Assembly (NCBI GenBank): GCA_973895155.1
Contig: OZ316891.1
Span: forward strand, 585,558 to 649,557
Reading direction: 5' to 3'
DNA: 64,000 nt
From: Marsupella aquatica
Lineage: Eukaryota > Plantae > Marchantiophyta
Part shown: piece after piece, positions 37,731 to 50,408 of the stretch
Numbering within the stretch: the first letter of the stretch is position 1
How the letters are laid out: every line of letters starts with the position of its first letter
Notes under the pieces: generated by a model
The model's database searches: none
What the model saw: the letters and a program-made list of their open reading frames with translations, nothing else
Told to the model about the DNA's origin: nothing
Made by a program: the position numbers and the translations under genes

Positions 37731-40700
37731 CATGTGTCTACTTTAGGCTTTCAATACCCACAAAAAAAAAGTCACCAATTTTTGAAAACTAATTTATTCT
37801 TGCTTTAAAGGAGTTATTTAAAACTTCATCCAAACTCTAAAAAAGGACTATTATTTATTCTTCTAGCATATGAATACTTTTAAGCAGCAAACACTATAAA
37901 AGACCAGCTATAAAAGAATATTCACATTTTTAGGAACCTTTAAAAACCTTTATTTTCTCATTTATCTAGATATAGTATTAAAACCTTTTTATTAACATTT
38001 AGGGGAGATTGTTTCAAGTTGGAGCAACCCTAATTGAAACTACACATAGACAACCAAAGGACTCAACAAGCAGCAGAGTAAGAATGTCGTAATGCATTCT
38101 GTCTCCGGTGAGGAGAGGTAGGTATAAGTGTTCACCAGAAACTATGCCACTGTCTACTGAATGAAGTTATACAGTCCAAAGTAGATACGAAGAAGGCAAA
38201 GTTTGGGAAAGCAGTTTGGCACAGCGTAAGACGAAAGCAACGAGAAACGTGAGACCAGAAAGAGAGACGCAATGAAAGTAAGTCATATACAAAGATTGAA
38301 GAGTAATCCGGGCAAAATTGGCGAGTGCAGAACTTCTCACTGAGGGACAGTACGGGGAGAATTTACAGCGAGGCAAGAGACTGATAGACGTCGACGAAGG
38401 AATATACATAAACTAATTGAGAGACGCTGTGAATTGATGAATGTCTGAGAAGATACAGAAACTCTATAACGTTTGAACAAATATGAAGCAGAAATAAGAC
38501 TGAATGGATACTGCGGAGGGACACATAGGACCACCGTCAATTGATTTGGCTGATCGACGAGGACTCATAATGTACCGATAAATTCATTAAATTTCTCGGT
38601 GGCAGTCGAAGTTCACAGTAAACACTTCAAAATTGCTATGATTCTCCTGCATCCATATCATTCTTATCCTGAGACAGGCATTGGACAATCGTCGTGTACT
38701 ACCGGCGTAAGATCGATAGTTGATTTGAGTGTCTCGTTCTGCCTCAAATCCCGTGTCCAATCCTTGAATAGGGTTCATGGGGCAGATGGTTGGTTTGGTC
38801 CCCAGCTTAGGGACCGAAGGCTCTACAAGAGTAGTTTGCCAAAGCTAATGTGAGCTTCTGGGCTCAAATCTCATGTCCTTGAATTTGTGGTTCACGGGGT
38901 AAGCAAGTGGTTAGTTCTCTAGTCAAGAGATGGCTTTAACTGGAGAAGGTACGTCATCGTCAATTTTTCAGAAATTGATGGTGGATCGTTCAATCATGGT
39001 CCATTACCTGAAAATTGATCTCCATGAGTCCGGCTGTAACCCCATTCCCACTGGTGTAATCTGTTGGCTTGTTAGTTCGCTCATCATTTGACCATGGTCT
39101 GTGTTGTGGGTCTCTGTTGCTTTACAAGATTCTCTTTGTTCTTTCAATTTTTCACCTTCCTCTTAGAAAAAATTGGCACGAGAAGAAATAGAATTCTTTC
39201 CTTCAATGCTCTATTTCCAATTCTGCTTTAACTGTGCTCTCAGCTTCAAGCAAGCACCCATACTTTGTCCGATCTAACGACTAATTTTCATATATTCCTA
39301 ACAAGTTTCTCCGCTTTTAAAATTTATGTTGAAGGTCGTATAATTTGAAATTTTTTTAGACACCGAAAGTGGTCCGAGCACTTTCTTTTCGGTCAGCTTG
39401 TTAAAGGTTTTTGCCACTTTTGTGGGTGCTACATTGACATTGGACTTCTACTCCGGGCCCGCTCCGGACATTTTTCAACAAAATGAACTGGAAATATTTC
39501 GCTGCTAACTGTCCTTTGTCTGTCTCACTAATAATGCAATTGATGACTGGGAACTTTTGTCACACACTATATAAGCGATAACAATCACTAAATAATATAT
39601 AAAGAAGATTGTCTGATAGGACAGGAGGAAACTTGGCTCATATAGTGCTCGTTCCGTCAAACAATGTTGTGAACTGCAAGTAGTATATCATGGAAGAATC
39701 GGTGATGAAAAGATAGTTCAAACTGAACCTTGGAATTGAACTTACACCAAAAAAGTAAGTCGGAACTGAAATCTTATTATTTATTAAATGTTTTAACCTC
39801 TGCTGTTTTCTGTACACCTCCTCCCCCTCAAGTAGTGGGCATGGAGAACCATTGGATTTAGAATGGAATGTAAAAAACTGTGATTTCTGGTAACGAAACT
39901 TGCTAGCAAGAAATGTAGCAACAGGAGGTTCTTCACACATTATCGGTACGGTGGCAGAAAACGTCGATCCAATGAGACAGTCATTCTTCACAAAAGGTTA
40001 GTAGCTTCTGAAAATGTTTATAACAATAGTGGCTCCAAACCCAACATCTATATGCCGAGTAGATGGTAAATGGGCAACTCAATCGCACCCTCTTCGATCA
40101 TCATCTGACAGGAGATGAACTTACTGCATTCGGATTTTGGCACTCTGAGCGTAGAAGTGTTCCATATCTGCTGTAAGAAGATGTCTTCTAATGGTATGAT
40201 ATGGTAATGTATTATAAGCTCCGGCCGGGACCATAAAAGTAAGGAGCTGCAACAACAAAAATGTGCAATGCAAAGAAATGAGCAATATCGAAGTCATTGA
40301 AGACGTTTCAAAGAATGATCGATCTGACTGTTCAAAGAACAGGTCTCTGAGACATCCAGACAATATGACAATCCAATAACTCGGTTGAGATTTATAAAGA
40401 AAATTGGCAGTCACATTAATATATGGCAACAAGGGGGACGCTTCTCTACAAGAAGAACTTACGCCCCTTTCAGCTATGATTAACAGAACTACAATTTACA
40501 ACAATAATTATGAATGGTTGAAAAACGTACAAGCTTTCTTACAAAGGTGCCGGGATTGGAGCTCGATTAGTGAGGAAAATCACACTTCAAGAGAGTGATT
40601 CGCAACACAAGCTTCCAAAATAATATGATGCATATCATCAGATATAACTACGTCGACCTTAAATTTCTAGACTAACTGAACTCGTGCTATAACATGTGTC

Positions 40701-42004
40701 TAGCATTATAATCAATCGAAAAATGTGCTACAGACGAAACATTTTAAGAATTTGGGACTATGCGTGACTGTGACCGAGAGGTCAGCTGGCTAATGCTTCG
40801 GTCTCGCGCGTGCGTAACTATGGCGTCCTGGTCTGACAGGAAGAGTACAGAAGTTGAAGCCTCGGTCCGTTTGAACTCGGTCTACGTTCGGGAAATCGAC
40901 AATCGTTCACCCCACGCTGGATAACGCTTACAGCATATTTGGACATATCCTCGACACCGTCCTTCTTTAACTAGGAATTCTCTCTCGTTTTTGCGCCGAT
41001 GGAACCAATGAATGGTTTACATCTGCAGCTTTCGTTGCTGCCATCGTCTGCGTTGAGCCAGTCCGGAGGATTATCATCCGTGAATATATCAGCCGGATCC
41101 ATGATTGAGCCCATGTCAATAGTACTGTGTCTAGGTCTGTTTAAAGCGACGTGATCGAGATCTGCAGTGAAAGTTCGGCTCACTCTCAGACTAGAGGCTG
41201 TTCCTCGACGGGCGACCGGCGTTTATAAATAAAATGAGAGAGTTACTCAGACTAGAGCGGCTCCACTGAGGTTGTCAGCAAACAAGGAGTAGCAAGTGAG
41301 TCTGATTTGTAGCTCTCGGCAGACTCAGACAGATAGAAGGCTCCGAAATCTTCTATCTATTTATATATGCACAATACGGAAGGTCAATGTAAGACCTCCT
41401 CGAAACACGGATGTGCACCAGAAAATTTCAACGTTTTTAGCGACTTACCTTCGGATGAACTGAGTCCGGAAACTCATGCTTGAACCCGGTGGCAACAAAT
41501 TGCAAAGTCGCTTGAGCGTCTCGGAATAAATTAGTTCCGCAAGTCCGAGTAAACGAAGTGTGAAAGCAAGACTTCATCAGATTCACTCGCATCAGAGACG
41601 ACTGGTCTAACACCATCCGAACCAGACCATTCAGCTCCTTGTAGCAGCGATCGATGGGTTCTACACAACTAACTCTTGTACATGGTAAACTAACCGCCGC
41701 CACAGACCGTCAACATTCTAGCATGTCTTCGAACCAGTCAAACAATACATACATATTGTACTGTAAGAGACCTACAGTGTACCGCTAGGATTCCGAGGAT
41801 TAGATAGGTAATTGCATATCAAAAGTAAGTGTCCTGTAATTGCACATCAAAAACAGGTATTGCAACTCAAACATAGCAAGATACATATTTTTAAATATTT
41901 AGAACACTCAGTGATTTTAGAGAATAATTGGGTTTATCATGGAATAATATAGTTCATGCTATATTGTCACATTTTGATGTGCAATTACCCGGATGTCTTA
42001 TATA

Positions 42005-42245
42005 ACCAGGCAGACCGGGCATGGAATCACATGCAAGTCAGTCGGGCAGCCCCGGCAGGTAAGGCGCACAAGTCAATCCGGCAACCTGGGTGTTGGGTAA
42101 GGCGAGTCGGTCAATCCGGCAACCTGGGTGTTGGGTAAGGCAAGTCAGCCAGGTAAGTCAGTCAGGCAGCCCAGGTGCTGGGGAGGGCAACAGTAAGGGC
42201 TTTGGGGAGGGCAAGTAAATGGGGCAGGTAGGCTGGTCAGCTCAA
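42005..42245. repeat. ~40-bp minisatellite, about 5-6 degenerate copies
   Basis: gtcaatccggcaacctgggtgttgggtaaggc occurs twice exactly (42072, 42110), with diverged flanking copies (agtcagtc.ggcagccc.gg). Confidence 0.85.
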
Positions 42246-42819
42246 AGTAGTGACTGTATTAATTAGATAATTACTTAGTTGAATTTCTCCAAGTCTTGAG
42301 TACACTTCAAGTAGGATCCTGTCTGACTTTTTGACCAATTACCTTGCAAAACATTTTGTGACTCAAGTGGTCTTTGCTCTCTCATAGGGAACAATTAAGG
42401 TCAACATGGAGTTCCCCCACTCAAAATGGGGGTGTAATGGTCATGACTTGCACATATTCATATCTGCTCCGGCGCCCATTGCCCAACTCTTAGGGGGATT
42501 AAACTTCAAATTGTCTTCCCTTCATTAAACCCTATAATACAAGGTCCTGCCACTTTTTAGAGTGGCCGCCATTCAAAATCTAATGTTTGCAGTGCCAAAA
42601 ATAATCAATGAGAAATCAACAAACAAAAAGAAGGTATGAATAGAGATAAGATACAAAAAAACAAGGAAGGAATCCAGGAAATGGAGGAGAGCTAGAGGAT
42701 CCAAGGATGATTTGTTCTCCTTTAATGTTCAACCCTCCCCAGGATCCACCTCCCATAGAGTGCTTTATGCAAACAATGACACAAAGTCCAAAACATGGTC
42801 TACTTTTTTCATGAATGTA

Positions 42820-43740
42820 CATGCGATTTCCCCCTGGATTTAGATCTCCCCCGTGATGTAGATCTAAACCTATTTTGCGCATTCGTGCGTTGCGCTGGTC
42901 TTCCACGTTTCACGTTCAGCGCAATGCCAGAAGTAGATGTTGTCTGTGATTGACCCAGCTTCTTCTGAGCATCATCAAACAGTACTAAAGGAGCTCACCA
43001 CCTCATTATACGAAATGGACTTCAGATCTCTATACAAGAGCATCTGTTTCAAGCCCTAATAAGACGGCGATAAGGAGTTTAGCAGAAGCAAGGCCTTATC
43101 CTCATCTTTAACTTCTTTTTCCAGGTTTGAGAGATCCACCGCTAGACTGTCAAACTCATCCAAGTGATCCTGCATCTTGCTCCCTTCCTTGAGCCTAAGG
43201 CTCATTAAGAGCAACTTCTTGTACAGTCGGTCTGACGCATCTTCCTGGTAGTACTTCTCTCTTAGAGCCTTGAACAGTGACGCGCAATTCGCATAATCAT
43301 CCAACTTCTTGATGATGTGCGGCTTGAGATAAAGCATCATTGCATTGACAGTAATCACCTGCTCCTATGTCCACTGCTTCTCTGAAATCTCCTCTTCTCC
43401 ATCATACTGCTCTCGCGAAGAAAGTAGATGAGTTAAGCCCATGGCCCGAAGAACACCCTTCACTTGCTTCTTCCACAACAAGTAATCAATACGACCATCG
43501 TACTTCTCCATCTCAAACTTCACTCCTCCAAATCTAGCCATCTCCCTCTTCTTCCCCATGCTACCGATAGCTCTGGTAGTAGAACAGCTTCCTCCAGTGC
43601 ACGCCGCAACGGTGATCGTACCAGTGATACTTGTTCCTCCTCAAAAGGTAGCAGCTCCTCCTCAGACTCACCATCCGACCGTCGGGATCCTGAAGCTCCA
43701 CCGATGCCATTTCTTCCAGTATCCTCCGAGTCACTCATAT
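42820..43740 (-). pseudogene. Copia gag (UBN2-type) pseudogene
   Basis: GVKFEMEKYDGRIDYLLWKKQVKGVL..., LYKKLLLMSLRLKEGSKMQDHLDEFDSL...DEDKALLLLNSLSPSY, and RSTSRGRSKSRGK just before the missing zinc knuckle. In-frame TAG stops at 43365 and 43056 plus frameshifts. Confidence 0.9.
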
Positions 43741-45716
43741 GAAACAATCACAAAAAAATGTCTTTTTCCGAAACTTCTCATAAAACTCAAAACTCAACAC
43801 CGACGCATAGCCCACAAAGCTAGGAGTCCAATACTGAAAGCCGAAATCAAAATCAAAATTCGACCGAAAAGTTATTCAAATTTTGGTCGGGGTGGGTAAA
43901 ACCTTGGGAAACTCCCTCATTTTGACCACCTCAGGGAATAACCAAAATACCAAGTACAACCCGTTGTCAAAATTGCGATGTGATCGGTGCGTCGCGTTGC
44001 CAACTTCAATGGCTACGTCCTCGCCAAAAAAGAACCAAAAAAGTTACCGTTCAGCGAACGGAATCTTTGTTGGACGGCCGAAAAACAGCTCTCTATTTTT
44101 TGGGAATATTCACGCACAGTGTGACAGGTCTCACAGGGGGCCGTTCCCCCTGTCCAAGCGGTTATAACGCCGGGTCACCGGTCCCGGTTAAGCCAATGAA
44201 AGAGACCGGGAGGAAAAGACAAAAAATAGGCCTTAAAAAGGGGGTTTAAGCCCTTTAGAGTTAAAATACCCCGTAAAGGGCCGTGGGTACGCCCTTGGGA
44301 TACGCGGGCAGCTGCATACGCAGCCGCATATACATACGTCGGGGCCGGGGAGGAAAACGGCGAGGAGGGCACCCGGCAGGAGCAGGCGCGGGGGCAGGCG
44401 CGGGGGCAGGGCGTAAACGCGGCCGGCAGGTCGCGGGTTAACCCTAAGGAGGGGCGGGGGGGCAGGCGGGGCCTGGCCGGGGAAATGGGCGAGCGGGGAG
44501 GGGATGGCTGGGGCGCGCGCCGACCCCACCGTAAAAACGGGGTGCGGGGAGGGGGGATTCGAATACACTATGCGGGGGGAGTGGGTAAGTGCGAGTAATA
44601 GGGAGGGGGCCGGGTGTGTGTATACACACAAAAGGCTCAAGTGACCCCCTTAAAACGGAAATAATCAGCCCTTAAACCAAAAAAGCCGATTACTCACATA
44701 AAAAGCCGCTCTTTGAACAAGAAAAGTGAATGCCGCCGACAGAAAAAGATGCCGAATTGCACCGGCATAGTCTGCAGCTCCAGCAGAGGAAAAAAATTTC
44801 CATTGCGTCGTCTTCACTCCCCGTCAAGTGCCAATCCCGGACTCAAAACGACCACCTCGCCGTGATCAAACCTTTGAGCTGTAGCACTTTGCTTTTCTTC
44901 CACCGAGTCGAACATCACGAAGAGAAACCCGGTTCAGATGAGAACAAGCTCCATAGCTTGTGAAAAAACCTGAACGCCTCCGTCACTCGTCATGTCGCAC
45001 TCGGTAACAACTCGGCAGCAATCCAGCTACCAAAACGACCAGCTTGCTTCAACCTTCAACTTGAGCTATAATGTGCGATCCCTCCCACACCGCACAACTC
45101 ATACCATTGAAAAACACGAACTCTGGTCTCTCCCCCGAAAAGCCGTCGAACACAATAAACCCTGAACGATGCAAACTTCAATTCCTTCACACCACGAATA
45201 CCGATCAGCGAGTTCTAACCACCGTTAGAACGCCCTCTCACTAACCTATCCGCTCAGCAACACACATTCAAGTTTCATGCGACGAAACTCTGAATGTACC
45301 ATCGACAGTGAACGCTGGAAAAACCTGTCACGAAAAAACCTCGTCACCTCCCAGGCATGCTCTGATACCACTTGTTGAGCAAAGATGACATTCGCAACCG
45401 CAAGCCCATGAACCATCCAACGTACAAGAGTCGACATAGAGAGATATGTGGTTCACCTCCACATGAGGTTACGTCCACGGGAATACACAAGAGCTTTACT
45501 ACACTCTAGGCCGACCGGCCATGGCAAGCATCCACAACGCAAGCTCTCCCTATCTCTCAACTAGCTCCATAACAATGAGCCTAAGTTTCACCAGGGTCTG
45601 GCATCAGCCCTAGCTTAATACACAACAGCACTACCGCTAATATTAGCTAAGTCCTAACCCGAGTTAGCCTAAATGTGGTTAGCTCATGAGTCACAAGACT
45701 AGAGCAATATCTAACA
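42820..45716 (-). mobile_element. 3'-truncated Ty1/Copia LTR retrotransposon (5' LTR, PBS, long leader, dead gag)
   Basis: LTR 45716-45373 (TGTTAG...CAACA), followed by the PBS tggtatcagagc (initiator-Met tRNA) at 45370-45359, then gag. No pol or 3' LTR was found. Confidence 0.9.
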
Positions 45717-46201
45717 AGATCATCCATTTTTAGAAGCAATTTAAACTAAAGTGGAAAAACACTGTTTTGAAAACCGACAAAAATTAGTATTATTAGCTAC
45801 TAGCTTGGACTCAAAATCATTTTTACCAAAATTAGTGTTTACTTAACACTAATTTTGTATGTACTAAGACTAATTCTTGCACAACACCAATTAGTGTGAA
45901 CAGTGTAGTAGAATCATCAATTTGGAAAGATGGTTGATGGCTGGTAGTTTACAAATTGTACATGATCTAGCAAAACACAAATTCAAGGGTCTTGCTTCCA
46001 AAATCACTCTTCAGGGCTTAGACATTTGCTATTCTTCCTACTAGTTGGGACTGTGGGTTTTAGAGCCACTAGTCATATCTATACCCTTGGTTGACTCTCC
46101 CGTGCACTTTGCCTTGGAGCTCTACCAGGCTCTTGAGTTTGCCCTTAGGTTCCTAGTATACATTGGTTTTGTGGTGGACTTTTGGTAGGGTCTGCCTGCC
46201 T

Positions 46202-46533
46202 TGTTAAGGATTGCTCTTAGTCTTGTGACTCAAAGGTTACGGCACTTAGGCTAACCACAGTTAGGGTCTTAGCTGAGGTTAGGTTAGTCGTGTGTGACCT
46301 TGTACATACCAGGGCTAGTGTAAGCCGCTGGTGTGTGGTGCTTACTCATTGTAACGGAATAACTTGAGGAAGAGGGAGAGCATGTGTGTTCGTTTACTCT
46401 TGAAGTAAAGCTTGAGTGTTCGTGTGGACGTAGCCTTGGAGAAGAGGTGAACCACGTAGAGATTGTGTCAACTACGTGTGCATGGAATAAGTCATGGTTG
46501 TATGGTCGTTGCGAATGACGTCTTAGTTCAACA
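46202..46533 (+). mobile_element. Solo LTR related to the adjacent Copia LTR, opposite orientation
   Basis: TG...CA ends. Shares ttgctct.agtcttgtgactca, gtggacgta.cct...gaggtgaaccac and gttgcgaatg...tcaaca with the reverse complement of 45373-45716. 5-bp TSD tgcct/tggct (1 mismatch). Confidence 0.85.
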
Positions 46534-46574
46534 TGGCTGTCCTTTGGTCATTTTGGTTGCTTCCCCTCCTTTGG

Positions 46575-46830
46575 GTCCTCAATTTCTGGATAATGTCTCC
46601 TGGTTGGGTGTCTTTTGTTTTTGGGTAGTAAGTTTGATATATAAGGATCATGTCTCCTTGATGGGGGCCTTGGGCCTTTGTTTTGACAGTTTTCTATATA
46701 AAGATCACGTCTCTTGGTTGGGCTTCATGTCAGACTCCTGGTTGGGCGCCTTTTGCTGCTTTTTGTTTTTTTGACAGTTTGATATATAAGGGTAGTGTCT
46801 CCTTGTTGGGCGCCATTTTTTGTGACAGGT
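46575..46830. repeat. Degenerate ~60-70-bp tandem repeat, ~4 copies
   Basis: Recurrent agttt.atatataa(g/a)g....gtctc.t.g.t.gg units. Confidence 0.7.
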
Positions 46831-46837
46831 TTGTTTA

Positions 46838-47044
46838 AACCACACCTGCCCCTATAAAGGGCTACAGGTAACCCGTAGCTCTCATTCTAAAGAGTACAAG
46901 TTCAGAAATGGGTTTTGAGCTCCACAAAAGGCGCTGACTGCAAAACCTTTTTTTGACAATTACTCCACAAAAGGTGCTAGGTTTACACCTTTTATGGTGA
47001 GTAGTGAGACATGGAATGAGACTTTTATAGTGACAGGTGTGGTT
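46838..47044. mobile_element. MITE (~207 bp) with 11-bp TIR and TA target-site duplication (Tc1/mariner-Stowaway-like)
   Basis: ta|aaccacacctg ... caggtgtggtt|ta. A related partial copy lies at 34883. Confidence 0.75.
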
Positions 47045-47099
47045 TAACTAAAGTGAGAATAGAAATAAGAGTGAATCCAGCTTTGTACATTAAGTCCAC

Positions 47100-48330
47100 A
47101 AGAGTCAGGAAAAGGTCAATTGATCACCATGTATTTGCAAGTCTTGGAGGGTGCGTGTGCTCCCTCTTAAGTTGCATCGTTGACACGTCACAGGGTGCTA
47201 GAAAGAGGGGCCGAGCTGCCTCAACTTCAGAGGGTGGTGATATAGATGGTGGTGGATAACCTTTCTCAGCCGCCTCAACTTCACAGGTTGAATATCACCA
47301 ATGAATGTTCTGAGCGGCTCCACCTTTCCAGAACTGTGAAACTGGCCAAGGTACTTGACGGCAGCAAGTGACAGCCTGGGCAACTTTGGAGGGCGATTGC
47401 ATTTGAAGGAGGTTGTCTACGAGGATCATTCTTCACATTGCCTTCATGCTTGTGAATAATCGCAAGGTGGAGGGGACTAGTACTTGTAAACATGAAAACT
47501 CTGGCACGATCTAACCCGAAGGCCTGCTGGGGAGCGCTTTTTCTTGTTGAAGCCTCTTTCTTCAATTTTGCTTTTGGAAATGAATATACGGTCACTCTTG
47601 AAACCATTCATCATTGCCCAATCTGTCTTCCATTTGGATTGACCATCGACATTGTAGTCATCCATTTGCATTAACCTTGTTGTGCTGCAGGAGGTGCCAT
47701 GCCGCCTAACGTTTATTCTTGGCGACTGCGCGAACTAGAGGCCAGTGTCCTGCCAACAGTACTATCCTTTCTATTGAGATATCGATTCTGAAACAAAATT
47801 GTGATCCCATGTTAAGTGGACTTCATTGGAGAATAGCTCAAGATATATAAGTGTCCATCGTGTTGGCATCCACCAAGACGTGCGATGGTGTTCTCTCTTG
47901 GCCGTCGTTCAACCCGATGAGACACCAGGGTTGTCCCACATTCAATAGTTGAAGAAAGCCTGCGAAAAAAATTTCTGTCGAACTCGACTTGTGAAAGCTC
48001 TCGCTTCATGTTAAAAATCCTGTGGTGGAAAGCGTGAAGCGAAAGAGATACCAGGATATGGGAAGAAAAAAATTGTCGCAATCTGCCTGGTACATTTGCT
48101 CTATTTCGATTCGAGAATCTTCTTCTTCCTGACATTTAATACCTTCTCAATTACCTCCGACAGTGGCACCAGTCGTTCCTTCTCATTGGGCTGCTCCAAT
48201 GCATGCCACTTTGGTTTCAAATGTTCGCAGCCTACAGCCATGTTTGCACCATCTTCCTTCCCCATCTTCCTTAATGTCGTAAGGATTTGTAGATTTACAC
48301 CGCAGACCTGCACCATTCAGCAAGTACACA
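47100..48330 (-). pseudogene. Decayed ORF, possibly a WRKY/GCM1-domain transposase remnant
   Basis: Coding-like fragments broken by stops and frameshifts: KTDWAMMNG, VRSCQSFHVY..PPCDY, IIHKHEG, RPPKLPRLSLAA..EPLRTFIG. The similarity is judged by eye only. Confidence 0.3.
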
Positions 48331-49481
48331 ATATCAGGGTACGCTGCCGTTGACAACTGCCATTCCTAGTGCGTTCAGATCATAGAGGCCACCTGTCCTT
48401 TTTAAAATTGGCATTGACTAAATTCACGTACAACAGTGTCAGAAGTGTCCAGCAGGTGTAAAATTATGTTATTCGGCATACGATTTTTTGTAATAATATC
48501 ACAGGCCTGAACTGCAATTTATGCACAAGTACTGTCCATAGATCTCCATTTTTCCCGAACTACATTACGCGTGGCATGAAAAGGTTCCACTGGATTGAAA
48601 GAACTCCTCTGGCGACGACGATTACGATAACGATCTATGCAGACAATAATTCGAGCGACAAAGCGGAGAAAAAGGACACAGTTCGACACCATACACTTGT
48701 TCTAGACTTGGCGAGTTGTACGATCTAACTGGTTCCGGTAGAGACGCCACCTTGTCCCAAAATCTTTTATCTTGCATGGTCAAGTGTTGAACAGGAACTC
48801 TGTTATTATTGACGGCAATAAAAGATTGTGGTGTCCACACCAACCACAAGCGGTTGACTGTGGTAACAAGATGAAAAAAAACCTGCCCACGGGAATTTAG
48901 GGGGGAATTTGTGGATAAAACGGGCCCATCGGGAAAGTGTGGGCTGAATTTAGTGATCCAAACGTTGGGGCCCCCCCGCCAAGTCTTTCTGGCCAAAATC
49001 TGCGTAAAAGCGAATTCTGCAGTCCACTACAACAACTCCTGGGTTTGCCTTTTGAGGCTGCGGCCCTAATCTTGAAGATGGGCCCCTTGCCAATACGTTT
49101 GCGATGTAATGACTTAAAACTGAGATTGCTTAAGCCCAATACCCACATCCCAGGGCCTAACTAAGAAACCTCGAGAAAATGTTTTTTCAGACAACGAGCA
49201 CAGCTCTGATTAAGAATTCTCAAGTTTTCTCTGAAAACATGGAGAACTAGTGTTTACAGTATTCAATCAGTGTCTGGACACACGATAGTTTCGACCGGGA
49301 CTTCCCATTAATACAAGACTTGACGGCGAAATACATTACGAATAACTCTCTTTGGCTCTCAAGATTCCTGCATACAACCGGTTTCTCGACCAGTTCACTG
49401 CTTCCCTGTTTGTGATGATTCTCGCGTACTCTAGCACAGAAGATAATTTATCGATTGTGAATTTGTCGATTGATAATTAAG

Positions 49482-50408
49482 GAGAACTAGTACTGACAAG
49501 GGAAATCAGACTCTTTAATTAAAACAAAGCATTACGATGGGCTCTGATTAATTAAAACAAAGCATTGGATAATCCTGTGGATGGTGAAACAATGTGATTT
49601 TTTCCCGGGCTCTGAATGTGAAAGTGAAGAAATGTGAGGTAGACTATCGAGCCAAATGCTCGTCATCTAATTAGTTACTAGCATGAATATCGAATAAATT
49701 AACAAGATTCCCATGGTCCCTATCTAGTATCTAGCGAAACCACAGCCAAGGAAAGAGACTTGGAAAGAGACTTGGAAAGAGACTTGGAAAATCAGCACGG
49801 AAAGAATAACCTGTAGAGCTTCAGTCTAGTCCAGACTTTTTTAAACTTGTTAACTTTAAAATAGGCGGGCGCTTTTTGGAGCAAGTTACGTACTGTCCAC
49901 TACATTTGAGGTTTGTACATTATCTTACTTATTACTTATTCTGTGAGGTGGAGGCGGGCCTGTAGCGTTTTAGGGCCTGCTTCTCGTCGTCTTAGGGATG
50001 TTTTGCATGTGCTAGAAGAGAGGCTCGACCAGGGTTTTTGTTGAGCTTGAGTCTAAGTCCAGACCTCGTGAAATGGATTGACTTAAAATAGTGGGAGCAG
50101 CAAGTGAAATGCCACTATTTTAAGCTTAGTTTAGTGATTCCATGAGGTGGAGGTGGGGCTGTAGGGTTTTCGGGCCTGCTTTTGGTCTTAAGGCGTGTTT
50201 TGCATGTGCTGGAAGAAGGGCTCTAGGGTTTGAGTGCCTGCTTCCAGAGTCCTAAGGCGAGTCTTGCATGTGGCTCCAAAGTGGAAGATTCAGAAGAGGA
50301 GTTTCGTTGGGGCAGCACATCTGACCAAAAATTACACAGGTGTTCTAAGATAATTTTGGCGAGAACAGAAATAAAGTCTTGTGTGAAATCAAAGGGTTAA
50401 AACTCATG
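49482..50408 (+). pseudogene. Degenerate, rearranged nuclear 25S/26S rRNA fragment (domain IV-V region)
   Basis: Colinear decayed matches to conserved LSU segments: agaact.gtac.gacaaggg.aatc.gact.tttaattaaaacaaagcatt, ctctgaatgt.aaagtgaagaaat, agccaaatgc-tcgtcatctaattagt, agcgaaaccacagccaagg, ggggc.gcacatctg...aggtgt.ctaagat...gagaacagaaat...aaagggt.aaa.ctc. Confidence 0.92.

Noticed and set aside
38925-39020. DGFNWRRY peptide resembling the WRKY signature (DGYNWRKYGQK)
   Set aside because: Lacks GQK and the zinc ligands, and the frame is short. Likely chance.
49482-50408. Functional rRNA gene
   Set aside because: Partial, with many substitutions in universally conserved positions, plus deletions and duplications. 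Called a pseudogene instead.
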